From: Orbicella franksi
Lineage: Eukaryota
Assembly: GCA_964199315.1 (NCBI GenBank)
Contig: OZ116705.1
Location: forward strand, 6,758,001-6,822,000
Direction of reading: 5' to 3'
Length of the DNA: 64,000 nt
Shown here piece after piece: positions 35,477-47,200 of the stretch. Made by a program: the position numbers and the translations under genes. Numbering within the stretch: the stretch's first letter is position 1; the number at the start of each line of letters is the position of its first letter. Under the pieces are notes generated by a model, which had not been told where the DNA came from, ran no database searches, and saw only the letters and a list, made by a program, of their open reading frames with translations.

Positions 35477-38400
35477 CTCCCCATATAAACAGTGTCATCC
35501 ACTTCCCCAAGAAGTAGAAGAAGACAAGAACGCAGAAAGACATTGAAAAGAATGCTGCTCTAAAAGAATTGGGCATGATGCGAAGGAATGGGTAAACCCA
35601 GAATTCTGCTGCATATGCAATCCACATGATCCTAAAAGAATAATTTTTCCTCTGTTAGTAAAGTGATTGGGTAAAGCCTGCAATCAAGAGGCATGGTGGC
35701 CTCACGGTTAGTGCGCTCGTCTCTGGATCAAGCGGTCCGGGTTCGAGCCCTGGCCAGGGACATTGCATTGTGTTCTTGGGCAAGACACTTTACTCTCACG
35801 GTGCCTCTCTACACAGGTGTATAAATAGGTACTGGCGAACCTAATGCTGGGGGTAACCCTGTGACGGAGTAGCATCCCACCCAAGGGGCAGTAGAAATAC
35901 TCCTAGTCGTTTCATGCTAAAGAAACCAGGATAAGCTCCGGCCTGGTGGGCCACTTGGCTCGTATGCAGACTTTACCTTTTACCTGCAATCTTGGAGTAT
36001 TTCTACGAGTTCCCTCAGAGTTCAAACTTCAGACTGCCTAAACTGACTACAGTGTACCAAACCATTGAGATACTTAGCTATGCATCAACATGAAGCTGGT
36101 AAATAAATTAATTTAACTACTGTAGCGAGTTTGTAAAGCTGATGTCTCGAGCATTATAACAATAATAATAACTTTATTTAATGAGGGAAACACTTAACAG
36201 TCCTGGACTGAGAAACCTGTGGCTCTCACCTAAATTACAGCAATAAAAAAACTACAAAGCACTACCCCTTCATTAAACAAATTGACCAACTGACCGACTG
36301 ACTAAACGAACAAATGACCCATCTGACTGACTAACCGACCAACTGACTGACCGGCCAATCAACCAACTGACCCATTGGACCAACAGACAGACCAACTGAC
36401 TGACTGCCCCCCTGGAGAGACCTCCATATGAAATGATTGGGGATGCACATCAGAACATTTGAACTAAACCCCTAATTAAAAGGACACCAATCAAGGTGTG
36501 GCCCAAGTTTTATTTGCCCCCTAATAGATAGCACTTCAAACGGAACTGACAGCATTTTTTTTTATTTCATCAAGTGCATTCTAAAAGATACTTTGACCGC
36601 TAAAAGAATCCTCAGTGGGAAAAAAGATGGCGACTGGTACATTTACCCGTAGTTCTTAGCGCATGAAAACCTAAACAAAGTTCATAAAAACATACAGAAA
36701 CGTTATAAAATATTCAAACCTAGGCTACTTTTAAAATATCCTTAGCACAGGGACAAATATTGTAATTATAAGGCTTTCTTTGTGCCTTTTGGGCTGTGTT
36801 ACGTTCACTAGGCATTGTGGTAAAATGTACAACCACCATCTTTTTTCACACGGTGGATTGTGGTGCACTGAACATCCTAAGTGAGCACAAAATCCTTGAC
36901 TTACATCCTTAACTTTCCCTATGGGAGTCACCCCCCCCCCCCCCCGCCTGCACCCCGAGCTTACTGAAGCAGCATTTATTGATAAACTTTACGCCCAAAA
37001 AAGTTGCAGACCAACCATATAAGATACACCACACCAAATGTGGCCAGCAGACCCAAGCCAACAAGATTCCTGGGATATTTGTGCCGAATGAAGGCACCTT
37101 CTATAATCACAAAGACAGCACACCATGTATGCTGAAAAACAAAAAAAATCAGAAAAACTTAGAGCATTTCCACAACAATTTTTTCATTAATTAACATTAA
37201 ATTTTACAAAACAACCTTGGTGACATTTTAACAAAACCACCTTTGCACCTAACCCCTGACCAGACTTTAAGATGTTCGGGGGCTTTGGAATTTGTGCCTG
37301 AGTAGTTTCTTGATTTTAATCCCCATCCACCCCCTACAGAACAAGAATATTTCACAATACACTAAGGAAAGAGACTATACATGTACATGTATACAGTCTT
37401 GACTTGTACACAACATCCAGGTGGCAGGTGCAGTGGCCTCATGGTTTGTGCATTTGACTCCGGATCGTTTAGCCCATGTTCAAGCCCCCAGCCAAGGACA
37501 TTGTGTTGTGGTTTTGGTCAAGACACTTAACTCTCACCATGCCTCTCTCCTCCCAGGTGTATAAATGGGTAACGGGAAATTTAACACTGGGGATAGCCGT
37601 GCAATTGACTAATTAGCATCCTGTCCAGTCGGGCATAGAAATACTCCTTAGCCTGTAATGCAGGCGTATTTTGGCGAGCGATCGAGCGCATTTTGACTAA
37701 GTGAGCACCATCTTGGATTCAAACTCGTAAGAGGCTTGGGGAGAGATGAAAAGGTGTCCTAGGGAGTGGGTGTTAGGCTGAAAGAGGAGTAACGGGGGAG
37801 GGGGAGGAAAAATACGTTGTTTTCTTCCTCTTCTTCCCCACCCCCCTCCCCGTCCACTTTTTCTAAACCAGTATGGCCGCAAATCTACTCGATCACTAGC
37901 TAATACTGCTATAAAACGCCTGCACTGCAGGCTAATACTCCTTGTCGCTTCATGCTACAGAAACTGGAGATACTGTAAGTGCCAGCCTGATGGATCCCCT
38001 GGCTTGTATGCAGACTTCACCTTAAATGACATCCAGTGAATATTTGTGCTATTAAATAAAAACATTTCTTACTTACCAAAAGGTGATTCAACCATGGTGG
38101 AATTATCGCATCCATTGCAACAGGAAAAATTAAATTTCTGTCAATCATATAGATACCCCAAAAGGTGGCAGCTACAAACTGAAATAGAAAGCAATATAAC
38201 ACAAGAAGCAATGAAAATTAAGTAACAAATTCACCAGAGGAAAAGAATTAGGCTCAATTTCTGCCACTCTGCATTCCTTCTCAAGAAGTGCCAGTGTTAG
38301 AATGTTTCATATTTAAACAATCAGCTCTCAATAGCAGTTGTAATTATTTCCTTAAGCAGAGGTTCACATGCCCAATATGTTTTACATTTAATAAATATTT

Positions 38401-41400
38401 GACCTTAAAAGTGTTGTCACTAAAGAGAGATTCTAATAGAGTGATTCTATTATACTGAAAATTTTGGTATATTGAAATTGCCATTGCTTTAATACAAGAG
38501 GTCATCACATTAATAAGGGTGGACTGTGTTTACGGACACCACCTGAGTAACCAATTTATTATCAACAAACTTCTATGGCCTGTTCTTCAGTGGTCATTTT
38601 AACAGGGTTTCACTATTATTATAGTCCACTGTTGTTTACATTTGATCAATTCTTACCACACCAAGAGGAAATGCTAGTGCACAAAACACTGTATCACGAA
38701 GTCTGACAAGCCAGTTGTCTTCATGTCCCTTTAAAAGAGTCAGAATATCGGCACAGGGAGCAATAATAAAGTATATCAACTGGCAAACCTGAAAGAAATA
38801 TAAAACAGTTATAAATAATTATAATACCAATAGTGACTAAATAGAAATTTAAAAACAACAAAAGCCAAGAAGTTATTTTCACTTCTACTGCTAGGAATGG
38901 TAAAATCTCAACTGATGAAAAGCCAAGTATGATTGAAAAATCTTTCATTCCATTAAGACAGGATTTATTTTACAGGATATAAAATAAGTTTCAGATGTAT
39001 TATTATCCACGAGTCAAGGTAGACAGAGGTATAATTTTGTCTCCTGCGATGAATAGCAGGAGGGAGTACTCCCAAAAATGGAACATATAGGGAGGTTTTG
39101 CCCAGGAGGGGTATTTACTCCTTCCAGACTGAAGCTATATAAAAAGGTGGCAACATCTTTGAAGAACAGAAGAGGAACAACATTTGAAAACCTGTTCCAA
39201 ATATCTCAATTATGCACAATCGGCTACTGATTAAGGGTTACAATGTATCTATCTTCTGTAGATATCATCCTCATACCTAGAGGCTGCTCTCCTTTTGGTC
39301 AGCACCAAGAATCGCAACCTCTGGCCAAACCCAACTTTCCGACCATGTGCAGAGCACTCGTTTCGTATTCTCAGCCAATTGATCAGATTTGTAAGATTTG
39401 ATGGGAAGTCTGTAAATTGCAGACTTCCGGTGTTGTTTATTTATTTATTTTATTTTATTAAGCTTCGGCCTACTATTACACATAAAGAAAAAGAAAAAGA
39501 AGAGGAAGCAAAAGAAAAAAACAAAAACAAAAACAAAAAACAAAAAACAAAAAACAAAAAAAAACAGACAGCAAAACAAAAAACAAAATGGCCAGGGGAG
39601 CCGCTACAGCTTAGCCAATTACAGCATACTCAGAAAATTGGGTCCGGCCTGAGGTTGCAATTCTTGGTGCTGACCAAAAGGAGCGCAGCCTCTGAGGACA
39701 AGAATGCCATAGATATGTGAAATGGATACCATTTGCTATGTCCAGAGCATGCGTGAAAGGGTTACCTTTTCTATTAAAAACAGTATATAGGTGAGGTTTT
39801 GGACCTCGGAAAACAGAACCTCCCCCATAACAACACTGTTCAGTAGTTTACCTGACCCAGGGTTTTCAATAAGTTTCAAAATAGCCATCTGAGCTAACTA
39901 AAGTAGGTGGCAAACTGATGAATTTTTTTAATAATTTGAGTGAAAATACAGACAAAGTAGGCAGTGGTAAGAGGAAAATTCTGACAAAGTAGGCAGCGAT
40001 TTTCGCCGGTTGCCGGCTTCTAATGAAACCCCTGCTGACCCCTCCCTCAAGATTTGATGCATAATTATTGGTATGTCTCATATGTGCAGATGTTTCCAGC
40101 GACTATTGACCCAGGGGAGATTATCTGTATCTGGGGATAGAAGATTGCCTTCACTGATCATTTATCAAATGAATTACATGTATTGATAAGGTCACCTTTA
40201 CAACTCCTTTAACAAACGACAAAGCATGCATCCCAAAAGAATTGTCAATAGCTTTGAACTAATTAACAGGTCGGCAATTTTACTGAAATTTTAGTCGAAC
40301 AGTCAGCTTTTATGTCTCTTACCAAATTTAAAAAGGTCAGATACTGAAAACGTCCTCCATACAACATTCTATCCTCTGTCACAATGTATGAGTCATGATA
40401 CGTCCCATAAATATAAAACAATCTGCCTCCTAGATGAAACAGCACTCGGGAAACCATCATCTTTGATTTCCGTCTTCAACACAGGCTACAGCTATTGCAC
40501 AATTTGACTTACTGCAGCCGGCATGACGCAGCAGGCAGCCATTAAACTTGTACCAGTTTAATGACTGAGGGGGGTAAATAGGTTTGCAGATCAACAGATA
40601 TGGCTTAAAAAATCGCACAGTTTACAGACTTTTGCGATAAATTGAACAGATTGGCAGATTTCGAAAATAGGGCAGGTCACAGATCAACTGTGAATTTTGG
40701 CCTGGACTCTGGACTCTACCTGTTTTAAAGGTCGAATTGTGGATCCTCAGATAGGAAGTTCGGATCGTAGATCTTTGGTCAGCTAGGGTCATGATGTTAG
40801 TGTTTTAAACACTCGATTTCTTTTTCCGGACGAGACTTGATTATATAGATTTGGGTTTGGCATTGTTATTGGAATTATGTGATCCTTATCTTACAGCCAG
40901 TTTTTGCGACTTTGACGATGTTATCCACATCTACCAGTTTACCAATGAACTTTCATACAAAACTAAATGGCAAATTTGTTAAGATGAGGAATCGAGTTAA
41001 TGTCTGATGATTTTCAAAATATGCAGAAGACCTCTGAACCTGTCCAAGACTATCCTGGATTGTCCACGGGTGTCTCAAATTAACTCCTGAAAAAATCCTG
41101 AAGCAGTTTTTATGGAAGAGAAACTTGTGTCTACATTCACTCTTTCCATATAATACAACAACCTTTCATATTTTTCATATCAACAAAAATTCACCACCAT
41201 AAATCAATTTGAGAATCTGTTATAAACTCATGAAAATGTGCGCTTGCAGACCTGCCAAGTTTTTGCAAAATGAATGAATACTAGGGGGTAATCGTTGCCC
41301 CCCGCCATACGTTTCATCATAAAGTTTGGGCTCCCATATTTTCATGTGTTTGCAATAGGTTTTGTGAAACTTTGCATACTTACTCAGTTCAGCATTATAA

Positions 41401-42024
41401 ATCAAGAGGTAAGCCTAATTTTTTTTGTTTGAATTTATAAAAATCAAAAAAGCATGACATCGTAGAAAAGGTCTCCACTCAGTGGTGTGCATTTTATCAG
41501 TGCTTTAGATAATGCTGTGATTGTATTGAATATCAAAAGCTCAAAATAAACGATCATTTCCTTCCCTTTTTCAGACCTGACCGAAAAATTGATACCTTAT
41601 CTCAGACCTAGACTGAACTGCATCTCTTTCGGTTAACATTTGAAAAGGGCTTTAAATACCTCATGCTTATAATTATACCTCACTTCTCGATCAAGAGATG
41701 AATGACAGGGATGGAGTGGTTTTCAGCTGAGAGTTGTAAAACCAAAACCAAACCAATGACGAACCAGGTAGACTACTCAGCAAATATCAAACCGTAGTAA
41801 AACCGAAACCCATAGTCTGCAAGGGCTATTGACCCCTTGAGGGCAAAGAGTCTAATTGTTTTAGTATCACCCAACTAGTCGGACAGAAAACGTAATAATA
41901 AAATTAACAAATGCAAGTTGAAGAAATATTTATTTGGGAATAAAACGAAAGACAGCGTCACGCTCGATGGCGCCAATTTCGCTACTCGATGACTATTACT
42001 AATAGTCCCCTAGTAGCGTAGCCC

Positions 42025-42055
<31 letters not shown>

Positions 42056-42512
42056 GTTGGGTGATAGTAAACCCTATTACACACCAAAATGGTCGAAATG
42101 CACAACCTATTTCAGACTCAAAACCCATGCTATTTAATACTGCACATACTTTTAGGTTTACAAGAAGGAGTACCCACCCACCCAAGGGAAGAAGGGAAAC
42201 TAAACAACCATCTTACATACTGTTGGAGTGAAAATACGCCACAGACATTTTTCAAACAATGCGGTTCCGGATTTGAACAAAAATATTCGCGGATTGACGG
42301 ATTTGGCGAAAAAATGGCACGGATTGGCGGATCTGCATACCCATATTCACCCCTCTCATGACTAGATAACTCACCAAATTTAAAAATGTCAGATACTTCA
42401 GCCTTCCTCCATAACTCAATATATGCTCTGTCACAATTTGCATGTCGTAATATGTACCATAAATATAAAATATTCCACAACCTAGATGGAACATGCCACG
42501 AGGAACCACCAT
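35477..42512 (-). CDS. AIG1: AIG1/ADTRP (FAR-17a/AIG1-like) membrane threonine hydrolase with two alternative first coding exons
   Basis: First exons 42512-42375 and 40460-40323 (both 46 codons ending YGGRxxYLTFLNL plus a GT donor). Shared exons: 38788-38657 (VCQLIYF...LAFPLGV), 38178-38077 (FVAATFW...WLNHLL), 37131-37016 (HTWCAVF...HKYP...), 35631-35477 (WVYPFL...). Motifs match the AIG1/ADTRP family. The last exon is uncertain; a candidate acceptor is at 33849. The symbol denotes the family, not proven orthology. Confidence 0.85.
35690..35985 (+). mobile_element. tRNA-headed SINE, near full length
   Basis: gtggcctcacggttagtgcgctcg...ggttcgagccctggcc...cgtatgcagactttacc. Confidence 0.8.
37425..38025 (+). 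mobile_element. SINE interrupted by a nested MITE
   Basis: The SINE body runs to gaaatactcct (37648) and resumes at atactccttgtcgcttcatgctacag (37935). Confidence 0.7.
37649..37934. mobile_element. hAT-like MITE with 8-bp target-site duplication
   Basis: TIRs TAGCCTGTAATGCAGGCGT and ACGCCTGCACTGCAGGCTA. ATACTCCT is duplicated at 37641-37648 and 37935-37942. Confidence 0.8.
39268..39706. repeat. MITE-like element with long inverted ends and an internal A-rich (CAAAAA)n tract
   Basis: ctgctctccttttggtcagcaccaagaatcgcaacctc versus gaggttgcaattcttggtgctgaccaaaaggagcgcag. Confidence 0.6.
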
Positions 42513-43313
42513 CTTTGCAAGATCTTGCAACCGTCGAGTGCTTACACACTCTAAAAGCCGGAAGAGCCGCCGATCGCAGTCCCCAGGCCACCAAACGCCC
42601 ACAAATTAACTTTATTAACAAGAGGTCACCTCTCGGATGAAATTATTATTTTAACAAAAAAACAAAAACAGTTTTGCATTCCTTGGGCCGTGGGGTAAGC
42701 GTTCAACCGAGTGCCGATGTTCTCAAGTTAATTATAAATATCTTACCAGATTCAACACAGTTAAAAATCTCCATCTCCCACCATATCCAGCACGAGCAGA
42801 CTCTACTTTATCGTCTTCGTAAAACGTGTAAGCAAAAAGAATTCCTCCAAAAACGTGAAAAACGATTCCTAACTTCCCTCCGGCTGCCGAAGAAGCCATG
42901 TTTGTTGTCCCTTACCGATGCCCCCTCAGTCAGTTGGTCTCAGTCGGTGAGACAATTGCACGATCATGTCACTAATTTTTCGAGATTTCAAAGGGATCCA
43001 AAAGTTATTTTAAGCGATTTTAATCGTTGAAAGCTCATGTTCAAAACGTGCAATAAGTTCTGAGTATCCGAGTATCAGGCCTTCCTAAGGCAGGGAGGGA
43101 GAGGAAGAGCAGTCCCACTTTTTTTTTTCTCCCTCTCCTCTCCCACCTTACATTAAAACGACCTCAATGAGGCCTCGTCAGCGGAGGAGTCCTTCAAAAT
43201 ATGCGCAATGAAATCGAGACTTGTAATTAATTGCGCATTCGCAATATGGCGGACACTGAAGAAATGAAATCACTACTCTCCGGCTTCCAATATGCAGCCC
43301 TTTTGTCTTTAGT
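42513..43313. promoter_or_regulatory. Probable bidirectional promoter between the AIG1-like gene and TRAPPC9
   Basis: Head-to-head start codons about 800 bp apart. YY1-like ATATGGCGG near 43244. Confidence 0.5.
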
Positions 43314-44175
43314 ATGCTGAGAGTAGACTTTGGTCAAAGTCTTTTGGACCATTGTGGGGTCTTAATTCTTGTGCAACCCGTGGGATACATCGGCGATAAG
43401 AGATTCAAGGCTATTTACGACGAAATTTCCACGTATCGTAGGGCACAGGTTCCCAACACGACTAGGACACTTAATTTGCGATACTCCAAAAGGGTCACTC
43501 CACAGTTTATCGAGTGGGGCAACTTTCATTTCCATAAACGGGTGTTAGGACTCATTTGCGTGGGAAGATGTTCAGAGATCTCCGAAGTGGAAAAGTTAGA
43601 AAAATCGATTAACGAAATCAAGAATCCTTTTAGTGCTATCCTTCTCAACACAAGATGTTTCGTGTTTGGCTGCAAATCCAACGACGAAGCAAAGATCAGG
43701 AAAGATTTTGCCCTCATCAGAGGCGAAGATCACTCCGAGGATCTTCAAAGCAATTTGGCGGAGTTTGTAGCTACTCTGTTCAATGTATTGGAATCTAAGA
43801 GATTTAGTAAATTGTCAGAAAAGATTGACAAGATAACGTTGATTCAAGCCCCTGTTGAGCATGAAGTGTTTGGAAGTGAAAATGACAACAGGTGAATATC
43901 AATACTTATTGATCAATCAATTGACTGACTGACTGTCCAACTGACTGACTGACTGTCTGTCTGTCTGTGTGCCTTTCTGTCTGTCTGTCTCTGCAACTGA
44001 CTAACTGNNNNNNNNNNNNNNNNNNNNNNNNNNNNNNNNNNNNNNNNNNNNNNNNNNNNNNNNNNNNNNNNNNNNNNNNNNNNNNNNNNNNNNNNNNNNN
44101 NNNNNNNNNNNNNNNNNNNNNNNNNNNNNNNNNNNNNNNNNNNNNNNNNTGATTGTCAAGTGATTCACCGCTCAA

Positions 44176-44209
<34 letters not shown>

Positions 44210-47200
44210 CAAGTGATTCACCACTCAATATTGATTGATTGATTGATTGTTTGATTGTTAAGTGATTCACCACTGAAGATTGATTTTAAATAGAATGATC
44301 AATCAATTGCTTGTGAATTGATTCTTCAATCAACCAATTAATCAATCAGCCCATCAATAGCTGTTACTACAGCTATCAGCAGTTTGACATACAAAGGAAA
44401 CAAAACAGGTCAATTCTGTTTATAGGTCATTTTACAGTTGTGTGCTTAGTTACCTGGCCACTGAATGCAAGCGAGGCTAGAGGTGACCTTGCTCTGATAC
44501 AGACCTGTCTGCTTTTCTCATTTAACTGACAACTAGTTAGTATAAGAACAACTTAATTTACACTACAAAAGCAGTGAGGTCTGTGTCAAAACAAGGTCAC
44601 CTGTGCCTTGCTGCCATTCAAAGGCCAGGTCACTGAACAGACAACTGTAAAATGGTCTATTGGACCGTTTGCCTTATTTTTATGCTTAAGCTTATATGAA
44701 AAAAAGGTAAGTTTTTCCAGTTGCTCAAAGGCAAAAAATTAGTAGCCTGTGGCACCTAACAACTTCTAGAGCACAGCCCTGCATCTCACCAAACTAGTAG
44801 TCAGAATTGTGTAAAGTCAAATGAAAACATGCTTGCCTAGCAGAACTCAGACAGTGATATAGTACCACTCAAGTTAGTTATCAGTTCATTCTCATCTTGC
44901 AAGACTTTCATATCGAGAGACGATTCACTCATCTCCCTCGAAGCTTTATAAACTATAAGCATGGCTGCTTGAACCTCTCTCGTGAAATGGGATTCTGATT
45001 TTAAGAGAAACGAGACAATTAGTGCTGTAAAATATTGTTTTATCTCCTTTCAGGGCAAGCAAAAGAAGAAGTATTGGACGCTCTAAAAAATACACTGGAG
45101 ACTTGTGTATGTTAGCAGGTGTGCCTCAAGATGCTCTTAGTCAATATCTCATAGCTGGAGAGTATCTGAGGGCTGCTAGTGATGTGCTGTGGCTTGCCGG
45201 AGCTCTTGAGGGCCAGTGTGCAGCGTCTTTAGTTCTAAGCAGAAATGAGAAAGTAACAGACAGAAATTCATTGATTCTGCCCACGAAATGTGCAGTGAAC
45301 TCTGTGAACTTAGCAATTAATGGTTTAGGAAATGACGTTGATGAAACAAAGTTTAGAAATCCACAGCCACTTTGTGAAGAAGAGATTGTAGAGAGACTTT
45401 CTGAAGCTTTGAAGCTCTACAACAGAGTAAGTAACAGTTTATAGCTCTACAACCAAGTAAGTTCATATCTGTATGGAAGACATGTATGGCAGTACATTGT
45501 ATGTCTTGTGTGATCATGCAGGAGAGAGCACATGCACATGTAGTCTTAAGAAAACTTTTGTCCGTGACTGGCACGCCAATAAACTGAGCATATTGTTTCT
45601 TGTGGTTTTGAATTTTTGCACTCAAGTAACCAATCCATGTTAGTAGTCAGATTTCTATAGAGTTTTGAGGGTGGTAAAGGGTATTTTCATGACTCGTGAA
45701 TGGCCTTATTTTTTCACACAATTTTTCAATTTCACACAACATAATGTTTCTTATATTTATTTGCTTTTGTAGGTCAAAGGAGCCGCTGTCATAGAAACTG
45801 AGGCCAACCTTAAATTCACCAGACTTTTAATTACTTATCAGGTATAAAATATGTTCCATATCATTTCACTGTGAGTCATGTATCAGTTGCATTCTTTCAG
45901 TGAACTCTGTTGCACTTTCTTTGTTTACAGAGACGTATTGAAGCAAGTATAGCACTGCAGAATTCTCTGTCAGTAAATGTCTCACTAACGGAACAAGAAA
46001 AGGTAAAATCTTTTATATTTATTTATTATATAGACTCAAGTGTTTTACTGGAAAATGCACCACTCATAAGTTCATTTGAAACCACAAGCGGGACTCGGGT
46101 GGCGTATTTTCCATATCCTCGCTAGTGAAGATATCGATAAGTTCACTGAAATAATGTTTGACTCTTAAACTGTACTTAAATTTGTTGCTGTGTGATTGAA
46201 ACATCCTTGGAACTTCCTTGAAATTCTTCCACAATCTTCTGTTATCTTTGGAAATCTTCTGTAATCTTCCTACATTTTTGGAAAATGTTCAGAAATGTTT
46301 GTGAGGTCTTCAGACAATATTTGGAGAATCTTCGGAAAGTGGTCGGAATCTTAGAAAATTGTCAAAAAAGTCATCATCAGTATGTTTATATAACAAACAA
46401 AATAATACATGGTTGTTTGTAGATCTTGTGTTCAACTTTATATCCCACCCATTCACTGCGCTCACTTGTGAGATATCAGGTTGAACACTTAAAAAGATAA
46501 TCCATGTCTACATGCACCCATGTATTATCCTCTGTGCACTGTATACTGTACCATGGTGCAACGTACATGTAGTTAACAGATCAAGTGGTACCGACTCCCA
46601 GCAATTTATATTGCATGACGCATTACAACTCACCCGGGGTGGAATGCTAGTGCATTGCCGGTCTTTGAACACCCCCCCCCCCCCGGGCCCCCTCCATCAT
46701 CATCATCTTTATTTAAAAACACGGTAAATACATCAGGCATTAACAATTTAATATAAAAGCTACAACTTATTACGAAAGACCATGTATACAGATTAATCTT
46801 CTGTAATTTAAAATATTGCTAACTATTAAAGAAAAGTAAACTAAATTAAAGCCTGTTTTACATGAATGCCGTGTCGGAGTTAATTAACAATCGTTGGAAA
46901 TTAGTCAGAGATGTTGCTTGCCTAGCAGCTGAGAGTAGACTGTTCCAGAGGACTGCACCACTATAGCCAAAGTTATTTTCGTAATGGTTAGTACATGGCA
47001 AGGGAATAGCAAGCTTATTATCAGAATCGCACAAATTATAAGAAGTAATCACATCACCCTGCTGAATGAATTTCGAAGACAAGTAATTGGGTGTGAGGCC
47101 ATTTAAGGACCTATAGACCATCTCAGCCTTTAGTTTTTGACGTTGAGTTTCTACATTGTCCCAGCCTAATTCTTTAAATAGTTGGTTGGCGTCACCATCA

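Noticed and set aside
39295-39720. 141-aa Lys-rich ORF
   Set aside because: It consists of a MITE plus an A-rich simple repeat inside an AIG1 intron.
44150-44290. CRISPR-like repeat-spacer array
   Set aside because: The intervening sequences are (GATT)n microsatellite rather than unique spacers, the context is a eukaryotic intron, and there are no cas genes.
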